A stretch of DNA of 64,000 bases from the NCBI GenBank assembly GCA_050951565.1, contig JBMNJH010000007.1, forward strand, positions 14,515 to 78,514. Reading direction: 5' to 3'. Made by a program: the position numbers and the translations under genes. This DNA is from Peptococcia bacterium. GTDB lineage: Bacteria > Bacillota > Peptococcia > DRI-13 > DTU073. Below the pieces are notes generated by a model. It was not told the DNA's origin and searched no databases. It worked only from the letters and a program-made list of their open reading frames with translations. Position 1 is the stretch's first letter. Each line of letters begins with the position of its first letter. Shown here piece after piece: positions 55,990-64,000 of the stretch.

Positions 55990-57795
55990 TCAATCCTCAT
56001 CGTCCAGGCTCAACACCGCCATAAAGGCTTCCTGGGGGATTTCCACGTTGCCGACCTGCTTCATCCGCTTTTTCCCCTCTTTTTGTTTTTCCAGCAGTTT
56101 CCGTTTGCGGGTGATATCGCCGCCGTAGCACTTATCGATCACATTTTTCCGAAGTGCTTTGATGTTCTCCCGGGCGATCACCTTATTGCCCACGGCGGCC
56201 TGAATCGGTACTTCAAAGAGCTGACGGGGAATCAAACCCCGTAGTTTTTGCACCAGAGCGCGCCCCCGCGGATAAGCCCGTTCCCGATGCACAATAAAAG
56301 ATAGCGCATCAACGATTTCATTATTAATCAGGATATCCAGCTTGACCAGGTCGGACACTTGATAATCGGCCAGTTCGTAATCTAAAGAAGCATAACCCCG
56401 CGTCCGGGATTTTAACTGGTCAAAGAAGTCATAAATAATCTCGCTTAACGGTAAATCATATTTGAGCATCACCCGGCTCGGTGAAAGGTAGTCCATCGTA
56501 ATGAAGGTTCCTCTTTTCTCCTGGGCTAATTCCATCACCGCACCCACATAATCGGTGGGAACCATAATCGTCGCCTGCACAAAGGGTTCGGCAATTTCCT
56601 CAATTTCTTGCATGGGCGGAAGTTCAGTGGGGTTATCAATAGAGATTTGCTCCCCGTTTGTCTTGCGAACACGATAAACCACACTGGGCGCCGTCGTGAT
56701 CAATTCCAGTTTATACTCCCGCTCCAGCCGCTCCTGCACAATTTCCATATGCAACAAGCCCAGGAAGCCGCAGCGAAAACCAAAGCCTAAGGCCACCGAT
56801 GTTTCCGGCTCGTATTGCAGCGAGGCATCATTAAGCTGCAGCTTTTCTAAAGCATCCCGCAGGTTTTCGTAATCACTGGTCTCCACGGGATAAAGGCCGC
56901 AGTACACCATGGGTGTAGCTTTGCGGTAACCGGGCAGCGGGGCCGGGGCCGGATTGGCGGCTGTAGTAATGGTATCGCCCACCCGGGTGTCCCCCACATT
57001 TTTAATGCTGGCCGCCATGTAACCGACCATTCCGGTGGGAATTTCGTCGACGCTCTTCATCTCGGGCACAAAAACGCCCACTTCCGTTACCTCAAAGGTT
57101 TTCCCGGTGGACATCATTTGAATGACGTCCCCTTTTTTGAGAGAACCGTTGACCACCCGGAAATAGGAGATGGCCCCTTTATAGGAATCAAAATGGGAAT
57201 CGAAAATCAAGGCTTGCAAAGGCGCATTGGGATCTCCCTTGGGTGCCGGGATTTTGTGGACAATCGCCTCCAGGATTTCTTGGATGCCGATTCCTTCCTT
57301 GGCGGAAGCCAAAATCGCCTCCCTGCAGTCTAAGCCAATGACCTCTTCAATTTCCTGCCGCACCCGTTCCGGCTCCGCCCCGGGTAAATCGATTTTATTA
57401 ATCACCGGAATAATCTCCAGATCATGCTCTATGGCCATGTAGACGTTGGCCAGAGTTTGCGCCTCAATCCCTTGCGCCGCATCTACGACCAAAATCGCCC
57501 CTTCACAGGCCGCCAGGCTCCGGGAAACCTCATAGGTAAAATCCACATGACCCGGTGTGTCAATGAGATTAAGCATATAGGTTTCGCCGTTATCCGCCGT
57601 GTAATTCATGCGCACCGCTTTTAGTTTGATGGTAATGCCCCTTTCCCGTTCCAGGTCCATTTTATCCAGGACCTGTTCCGTCATCTCCCGGGCGGTCAAG
57701 GCGCCTGTAGCTTCCAGCAAACGGTCGGCCAGCGTTGATTTGCCGTGGTCGATATGAGCAATTATGCAAAAATTACGGATATATTTTTGCTCCAA
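55990..57795 (-). CDS. lepA: Translation elongation factor 4 (LepA)
   Basis: [25 protein letters not shown], and the NKID motif (PVINKIDLP), plus the LepA C-terminal domain. TTG start 10 nt after AAGGAGG. Confidence 0.95.
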   Translation of the reverse strand: MEQKYIRNFCIIAHIDHGKSTLADRLLEATGALTAREMTEQVLDKMDLERERGITIKLKAVRMNYTADNGETYMLNLIDTPGHVDFTYEVSRSLAACEGAILVVDAAQGIEAQTLANVYMAIEHDLEIIPVINKIDLPGAEPERVRQEIEEVIGLDCREAILASAKEGIGIQEILEAIVHKIPAPKGDPNAPLQALIFDSHFDSYKGAISYFRVVNGSLKKGDVIQMMSTGKTFEVTEVGVFVPEMKSVDEIPTGMVGYMAASIKNVGDTRVGDTITTAANPAPAPLPGYRKATPMVYCGLYPVETSDYENLRDALEKLQLNDASLQYEPETSVALGFGFRCGFLGLLHMEIVQERLEREYKLELITTAPSVVYRVRKTNGEQISIDNPTELPPMQEIEEIAEPFVQATIMVPTDYVGAVMELAQEKRGTFITMDYLSPSRVMLKYDLPLSEIIYDFFDQLKSRTRGYASLDYELADYQVSDLVKLDILINNEIVDALSFIVHRERAYPRGRALVQKLRGLIPRQLFEVPIQAAVGNKVIARENIKALRKNVIDKCYGGDITRKRKLLEKQKEGKKRMKQVGNVEIPQEAFMAVLSLDDED

Positions 57796-57918
57796 TCTTG
57801 TATTGCCTCCTTAAAGATCGCTTGTCAACACCATCCAATTCTATAAGTATATCGGAAAAAAAGCACATCAGCAAGATTTTGGTTTTTATCCTTGAGCAGA
57901 TGCGCCATGGCGAATCCT

Positions 57919-58257
57919 TTAACTAAATTCCACAAACCCCACTAAAATATCTATTACTTCTTCTAATATCTCCTTTGGTACCTTTTCATAATAAGATGCC
58001 TTCCGCGCATAAATATCTAAAGCTTTAACCTGCTCACACATTATAACGCCTGTTGTTTTAGTAGTTTTATCCAATTCCACGTGTAACGGAAATTTTCTAT
58101 TCGTGTTAGTAATCGGACATACCATCGCCATATTCGTGAATTGATTATATGTGTTATTACTAACAACCAGGGCAGGCCTTTTCCCGCTTTGTTCATGGCC
58201 TGCCTGAGGGTTAAACTCTAAAAAGATAATATCTCCTTGTTGCGGTATATACTTCAT
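57919..58257 (-). CDS. mazF: Type II toxin, MazF/PemK-family endoribonuclease
   Basis: PQQGDIIFLEFNPQAGHEQSGKRPALVVS ... VCPIT ... CEQVKALD follows the MazF fold pattern. Its start overlaps the mazE stop by 1 nt. Confidence 0.85.
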   Translation of the reverse strand: MKYIPQQGDIIFLEFNPQAGHEQSGKRPALVVSNNTYNQFTNMAMVCPITNTNRKFPLHVELDKTTKTTGVIMCEQVKALDIYARKASYYEKVPKEILEEVIDILVGFVEFS

Positions 58258-58496
58258 TAGAACACCTCATTACCTTCCGGGGCTCCTGTATCCCATTCAC
58301 TACACTGATAATCTCCCTTGTATTCAGCAATCCTTTCCTGCAAAGTCTTATGTTTTTTCACAGGAACAATAATTAAATTGCCATCTTGAACTTTTATCTC
58401 TACCGGATCATTTTCATTAAGCCCAACCATCTCAAGAATAGGCTTCGGAATCCTTATTGCCCGGCTATTCCCCCACTTTTGGACTGTGGCGTACAT
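58257..58496 (-). CDS. mazE: Type II antitoxin MazE (AbrB/SpoVT-type)
   Basis: MYATVQKWGNSRAIRIPKPILEMVGLNENDPVEIKVQDGNLII is the canonical MazE N-terminal domain. ATG 58496 follows GAGGTG. Confidence 0.85.
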   Translation of the reverse strand: MYATVQKWGNSRAIRIPKPILEMVGLNENDPVEIKVQDGNLIIVPVKKHKTLQERIAEYKGDYQCSEWDTGAPEGNEVF

Positions 58497-58515
58497 CGAC
58501 ATCACCTCTGTTTAG

Positions 58516-58544
58516 AGTATATACAAAGTATCTACATTTGTCAA
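58516..58544 (-). promoter_or_regulatory. Candidate sigma-A promoter of mazEF
   Basis: TTGACA (58544-58539), a 17-nt spacer, then TATACT (58521-58516). Confidence 0.55.
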
Positions 58545-58594
58545 TTTTTATTTTTCCCTTGCCTGGAAACCCATCTTCTTTAAGTGGAGGAAGT

Positions 58595-58765
58595 TCACCA
58601 TAAATCCAGGTATGTTTTAATTGCTGTATTAACCTGTACCTTGATTTCCTCTGAGTCAATAATACCGCATCTTTCCCTTAGCCGTTCCTTGGCAATAGCC
58701 CTGATCTGATGGGCCATGACGATTGGATCTTGGGGATTTACATATACCTTAACAGATGAAAAAAT
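58595..58765 (-). pseudogene. 5'-truncated MazF/PemK-like toxin remnant (C-terminal ~50 codons only)
   Basis: The frame is open only from the TGA at 58768-58766. It reads IFSSVKVYVNPQDPIVMAHQIRAIAKERLRERCGIIDSEEIKVQVNTAIKTYLDLW*. This aligns with the C-terminal half of MazF/EndoA (…LLEQIRTIDKQRL…). The N-terminal half and a plausible start are absent. Confidence 0.6.
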
Positions 58766-58777
58766 TCATACTGCACC

Positions 58778-58824
58778 ATAAAAATAACCTTTGCAGACCA
58801 CTGTTTCCAAGACCTACAAAGGTT
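58778..58824 (-). terminator. Rho-independent terminator of the SLH-protein gene
   Basis: AACCTTTGTAGGTC / GGTCTGCAAAGGTT 14-bp stem (with G-U pairs). On the minus strand it is followed by ATTTTTAT. Confidence 0.65.
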
Positions 58825-58874
58825 TCTTTTTCATTCATCCATTATTCTCCGCTTACTACGCCAAGTTCCATGCA

Positions 58875-61800
58875 TTATGGACTACTTCTGCCAGCAAGGT
58901 AGTTCTGCAGAACTTCAGCAGCGGTGAGAGCTTTGTTGTAGACACGGATATCGCCAATTACCCCGACGAATGGATACCCAACCCTGTTAGGAATGATTTC
59001 TCGTCCAATAATTAACGGTTCAGTTGATTCATTTATTATCCCATCGGTATTATCTTTTACTACCGTTAATTCACCATTCACATAAATTTTGACAGTATTA
59101 TCAGCATAGGTACCAACTAAATGTATCCAGCCTGATTCAGGCAAAACATAGTGGGAATCAATATAATTCCATTTTAGGGACCCGCCTTCTTCCCCGTTGT
59201 TTACCCATAAATCAAAGTGGGCATATCTATTTTGGGGACGTACATTAAGCCTATATGCATAGGTTTTACACATAACAGTGGACGAATCCAAAAAATAATC
59301 CCCTATTTTTAACCATGCTTCTAAGGTAAGATTATCAGTTATATCAAGGCTTTCATCATTTCCACAATCCACATAATCATCCTTAGTGCCTTCCACTCCA
59401 TTAAACTGCAACCCTTCGTCCGTCCAGCCACTGCCTTCCGCATGAGCAAAATTATTCAGTGTACCATGATTCCCATTACCGCTCAAGTCATACCAAATAT
59501 CACTTGCCATATATTTGCCAATACTGCCATCAAGATAGAGAACACAGTTTTCAAGTACGGGAATTTCGGAATCAGAAGCTACAACCTTAACCCAGCAAAT
59601 TGCTTCCTTGCCCCCATCCTCTGTGGTGACGGTGATTTTCGCCGTCCCTAACGCTACGGCCGTCACTTTACCGTTATCATCTACCGTGGCAATAGCCGTG
59701 TTATCACTTGCCCACGTCACACCTTTATTCGTTGCGTTAGCAGGTTCAATAGTCGCCATTAAAGTTTCCTCTGTTGTTATTCCTTGTAAAAACAGCACCG
59801 TCTTATTCAAACTTACCCCAGACACGGGAATTCCCCATTGCGCATATACGGTAATGTCACTCGTTACTACCGTATCTGCATCAAACTCAGCACCGGTCCC
59901 GTCAGCTTCCGTATTCCAACCGGCAAAAACATATCCCTCTCTCGTAGGTTCTATTGGCAAAGTCGCCTACAGTACTACCATGTTCTACAGTCATGGTAAG
60001 TGGATCAGCTTCTGTATCCCCACCGTTCTTATCAAAAGTGACAGTATAAAGAATTACTTCCAATTCTACAGCCACCGTTACAGCTTCCGCAGGCATCGTA
60101 AAGGTATATGTTTTTCCGGCTTCCGTTTCTTCTGTTGTAATTATTTCTCCGCTTGCCTTGGTTACGGTAATCGCCTTAAATCTCTTCCCGATCTCAAGAT
60201 TAGTAATGTTTATGGTAACCAGATCCCCTGCTTTTGCTTTGGGCTTATCTGCCGTAACCTCCGCTGTCCCCCCACTTACAGTAGCTTCCACGGGATAAGT
60301 GGAAATTATGGTTATCTCCTGCTCCACACTTTTTCCGCTGGCGGTATGGGTTATGGTCACTTTGATATTTTCTGGCGATAATACTGCACCATCCTCTGGG
60401 TTCGTGCTTATCCCTTTTGTCGAAAAATCGGCAAAAGCAATGTCCTCAGTGCTTTCATCTGTTCTGGTCAAGGTAATGACCAAGCCGGTAAGATCTAAAG
60501 GCTCCCCTTCAATGTATGTGGTTTTCGTTGGCGCTGTTTTTATAGCTATCCCGGAAACAGTGGCTTTCACAAAGTTAATTAGATAAGTCTGGGTACTGCC
60601 GTTTTCCGCCGTTACCAGCACGGTGGCGGTATTATTCGCCGAATCTAATCCTGTGGCCTGGGTTACCGTTACCCGGGCTTTGGCATGGCGAGCCGTTGCC
60701 TGTACCACCGGTACTGCTGTCGTCTCATTCGATAAAATAATTTCATAGAATAAGACATCGGGAGCAAAGCCTTGCACTGTTTCCCCGTCGATAGTTAAAT
60801 CCTTTAAAGCAGCATCGTTGCTTTTCTTTTTCTTGGTTTTCCCGCCAATAATGCCAGGCTCCACGACTACTCCGTCCACACTGGCCTCAAGCATATTCAG
60901 AGACCCGTTCCCCTGCACGGTAGCAGGAGCATCAGCGGTCATCGTATTTATACTCGCCTGATTGGTCAGCTTAATCTGAGCCTCCTGGGCTGTGGAAGCC
61001 AGATTAAGATTGGCAATACTGCCTCTTTGCAAAGCAAGTTGCGCTGAGGCGGCCTGTACTTCTACATTATCAAAATTACCCAAAAGTTCCACGGTGATAC
61101 CCGGTTCTGTTTCTTGTGAACCAGTGTTTTCTTGTGTTCCTGTCCCTTCCTGGGAAGTATCTACTTGTGCTTGCGTTCCTTGTGAAAGAACTTGCTGGTT
61201 ATTCACAACCACCTTGGTGAAGCCGGAACCGGTTAACTCTTCCTCTTCCAGTCTGGCTGGTGTCCTGGCTTCTAAGATGCCAACCGCCGTATCCCCTTGC
61301 GCCAGCACACGGACCAGCTTGCGACTGGGCACATTAACCAAAACTGCGCCTAAGGTGGTATTCCGCAACTGAATACTATCCCTGCCGCCACCCGCTATTT
61401 TCGTGGTCCCCTGTACGGTGACATTTATTAAGGTAACATCTCCCTCCCCGATTCCTTCGGTGAGATAGAGGGTGCCGGTGATGGTGATGTTCTGCAGGGT
61501 AACCCCGGGTGTGCTGATAGTCGCGTTGCCCTCAATTACTACCGTTCCCTGAAAAGGTCCATAGGTACCGGCACGGTTATATAACATGCCAACGGCACGA
61601 TCTAAGACGGCAAGCGCTTCCGCCCGGGTAATTGGTCGATTGGGCTGAAAGCTACCGTCAGGATAACCGCTCATATAGCCGCCCTTCACGGCCGCGGCAA
61701 TGGCGGCTTCGCTCCATGCCGGGATCTGGTCTTGGTCGACAAATTTTGCAATAGTCCCCGCACTTTGAACATCGTTATGGGGCGGCAATATCCGGGCTAA

Positions 61801-62283
61801 AACAGTCGCCACTTCCTGCCTCGTGATCGGATTCTGCGGCTTTGCTGTTCCATCCGGGTATCCTCCAAGGTATCCCACGGCCGCCGCCTGGGCGAATTCG
61901 ACCGCATACCAGTCTGTTGCCGCTACGTCATGAAAAGTGACTGGATTAACTGAAGAAGCAGAACTATTCAGCTTTTCGCCTACCATCTCTGCATAGCCAA
62001 AAGCACGGTTAACCAAGGCCAGAAACTCTGCCCGGGTAATGGGGCTGTCCGGTCGAAAGGTCCCGTCGGGGTAGCCCCCCGCCAGCTCACGGGCTGTCCA
62101 GGATCTTATCTCCTTTTCCGCCCAATGCCCCGTTATATCAGTAAAGGAAACCCGCCCTGTCTCTGTATAAGCTACAGGTGTAGATGCTAGTTCCGCCTGA
62201 ACAGAAAGGCAGGGAAAGCAGTAATTTATAACAAAGGTGAAAAATAGGAATAAGCATATGTACAGCCATCTTTTCTTTTGCAT
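58875..62283 (-). pseudogene. Large multidomain SLH cell-surface protein split by a frameshift near 59957-59966
   Basis: Signal peptide MQKKRWLYICLFLFFTFVINYCFPCLSVQA. Three SLH domains (…GYPDGTFRPDSPITRAEF…, three times). Then a beta-helix-like region, a cadherin-like domain, Ig-like domains, a Listeria-Bacteroides (Flg_new) repeat, Big_2 and a C-terminal LamG/ConA-like domain. The Flg_new repeat YTVTFDKNGG...VGDFA | LPIEPTREGYVFAGWNTEADG is split between track ORFs 59902-62346 and 58875-59960. Confidence 0.7.
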
Positions 62284-62373
62284 TAAAGGTGCTAACCTCC
62301 TTAATGCTAAAATGCTATTTTTTCCCATTATATTATTTCTTTTCATAGAATTTTCGACTTGTTTTAAAGCTAT

Positions 62374-63972
62374 TTATATTATTCTCGCCTTACGCAATTT
62401 TTCCCTGCCAAAACGACGCAATAAAATATGCTTCACCTGTTCTACTTCTTCCATTTTCAGCAAGAGGGCAAGTAACCCAAAGATAATGACCCCCACCGTA
62501 ACGCCGCTACCTACCTGGATTATCTGTCCCGTTTTGGTAGCCGTATCGACAACGGAGGCCACAATATTGGCTGTTCCATAGGCGGCAAGTCCCATCAATA
62601 AAGAAATACCCAGGGTCAGCAGAAATGAATGCAGAATTCTTCGTCCATCGAACGCCCCGGCTTTTATACGGAATATATAGAGCAGTATTAACATATTAAA
62701 AATACCCGCCAGGGAATAGGCCAAGGCTAATCCCCCATGCCCCAACGGCTTAATCAATATAAAGTTCAAGGCAATATTCACGAGGATCGTCACTATGCCT
62801 ACGGTTACCGGGGTCCGCGTATCCTGTAAGGCATAAAAGACCCGGTTCAACAATTGCAGAACCGCATAGGCAAAAAGTCCGAAACAATAAAACAACAGCG
62901 CAAAGGCAGTGGCACTGGTGTCCTCAGGGGTAAACTGCCCCTGCTGAAAAAGTAACCTGACAATGGGTTCCTTTAAGACGATCAAGCCGATTGCGGAAGG
63001 AACCGTAATAAAAATAATCGTCCTAATGCCCAGCGACATGGTCGCTTTAAACTGGTCCCTTTCCTCCCGGGCAGCCTGTCCGGTAAGGGTGGGGAATACC
63101 GCCACCGCTACCGCGATGGCAAAAACACCGATCGGTAACTGCATGATTCTTTGCGCCGCCCGCAAGGCGGAGATCATCCCATCCGGCAAGGTCGAACCTA
63201 AATATTGATTCACAAAAAGGTTAAAGTGGGTCACGGACAAGCCGATTAAGACCGGGATAATCAGCGCACCGATCTTTCTGACCCCGGGATGTTTTAAATC
63301 AATGACCGGATGGTAATGCAAGCCAACCTTCCGTAAAGCGGGAACCTGGACCGCAAAATTAAAAATGGCCCCGGCAACTACGCCAATGGCAAAACTGATG
63401 ATGCCCAGTTCCGGACCATAATAATGGAAGAGGAGCACCCCGACCAGAATAATCCCGAGATTATAGCACACCGACCCTAAGGCGGGAGCCAAGAACTTCT
63501 GATAGGAATTAAGAATCCCCATGGAGATCCCGTTTAAGGCCATGAATAAAGTTTGCAGAAACATGATCCGCGTCATCGTTACGGTAAGGGCCTGATTTTC
63601 CGGGCTAAACCCGGGAACAAGCAAACGCACCAACGCCGGGGTAAAGATAACGCCTAAAACAATCCCCCCCAGCATGAGGATGAGCACAAGATTAAAAACC
63701 GTGCTGGCTACCCGCCAACCTTCCTCTTCCTGATTTTTCGCAATATAACCGGAGAAAACAGGAATAAAGGCCGAGCTCAAAGCCCCACCTACCAATAAGT
63801 AATATAGAAAATCGGGAATTGAAAAAGCCGCGTTATATGCATCGGTAAGATGGTTTTGACCAAAAGCGGCATAGATAACCATGTCCCTTGCATATCCGAG
63901 AATCCGCGACAGAACCATGGCCACCATGATTATGCCGGCGGCTTTCGCTACTTTGGTACCTGTTGACGACAT
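62374..63972 (-). CDS. murJ: Lipid II flippase MurJ (MviN)
   Basis: 532 aa with 14 TM segments. The MurJ N-terminal pattern is AAGIIMVAMVLSRILGYARDMVIYAAFG...TDAYNAAFSIPDFLY. Confidence 0.9.
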   Translation of the reverse strand: MSSTGTKVAKAAGIIMVAMVLSRILGYARDMVIYAAFGQNHLTDAYNAAFSIPDFLYYLLVGGALSSAFIPVFSGYIAKNQEEEGWRVASTVFNLVLILMLGGIVLGVIFTPALVRLLVPGFSPENQALTVTMTRIMFLQTLFMALNGISMGILNSYQKFLAPALGSVCYNLGIILVGVLLFHYYGPELGIISFAIGVVAGAIFNFAVQVPALRKVGLHYHPVIDLKHPGVRKIGALIIPVLIGLSVTHFNLFVNQYLGSTLPDGMISALRAAQRIMQLPIGVFAIAVAVAVFPTLTGQAAREERDQFKATMSLGIRTIIFITVPSAIGLIVLKEPIVRLLFQQGQFTPEDTSATAFALLFYCFGLFAYAVLQLLNRVFYALQDTRTPVTVGIVTILVNIALNFILIKPLGHGGLALAYSLAGIFNMLILLYIFRIKAGAFDGRRILHSFLLTLGISLLMGLAAYGTANIVASVVDTATKTGQIIQVGSGVTVGVIIFGLLALLLKMEEVEQVKHILLRRFGREKLRKARII

Positions 63973-64000
63973 CTGGACTGACCCCTTTTCTTTACAACTA

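Noticed and set aside
58465-58659. A 64-aa minus-strand track ORF overlapping the mazE start.
   Set aside because: It is in a different frame from both the MazF-like remnant and mazE, spans the mazEF promoter, and resembles nothing I recognise.

Overview
The window is an almost unbroken minus-strand run of housekeeping genes from a spore-forming, probably anaerobic Firmicute (Clostridia-like). The supporting genes are yqfC/yqfD, an SLH-domain wall protein, rubrerythrin and PPDK. The order is colinear with the Bacillus subtilis yqe-yqf region, read right to left: murJ, an SLH surface protein, mazEF, lepA, hemW, hrcA, a thermosome-like chaperonin, grpE, dnaK, dnaJ, prmA, rsmE, mtaB, HIT, rpsU, (SLT on the + strand), nfeD, floA, yqfB-like, yqfC, yqfD, phoH, pgpH/yqfF, ybeY, CNNM, DUF3048, cdd, era, a BMP-type nucleoside ABC transporter, mgtE, deoC, yqzL, recO, DUF4342, a Gly T-box, glyQ, glyS, a ccpN-like gene and ppdK. 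Left of ppdK is a decayed AT-rich accessory patch: an orphan spacer, a two-frame small membrane gene, C_GCAxxG_C_C, rubrerythrin, a RelE/AbrB-type TA cassette and a 5'-truncated DUF2200 gene. Further left are a DUF4153-like membrane protein, a divergent Usp-like gene, a complete mrpABCDEFG antiporter operon, a disrupted small ORF, a ThiW-like ECF S-component fused to DUF1893, an Fe-S aldo/keto reductase and a partial, atypical ABC ATPase. I found no rRNA, tRNA, CRISPR array, transposase or integrase. The most unusual item is the archaeal-type (group II-like, so-called group III) chaperonin inside the CIRCE/HrcA-controlled dnaK operon. It is rare but already reported as a class. Other points worth follow-up: the ECF-S::DUF1893 fusion; an 18-19 bp tandem repeat array between nfeD and floA; a three-segment alternative-pairing leader on mgtE with no M-box that I could recognise; a frameshifted ~1150-aa SLH protein; two TA cassettes with neighbouring gene remnants; and an in-frame hexanucleotide microsatellite insertion in hemW. 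Two short genes absent from the ORF track (rpsU, yqzL) were found by reading the reverse strand. All calls rest on motif recognition and manual translation. No searches were run.
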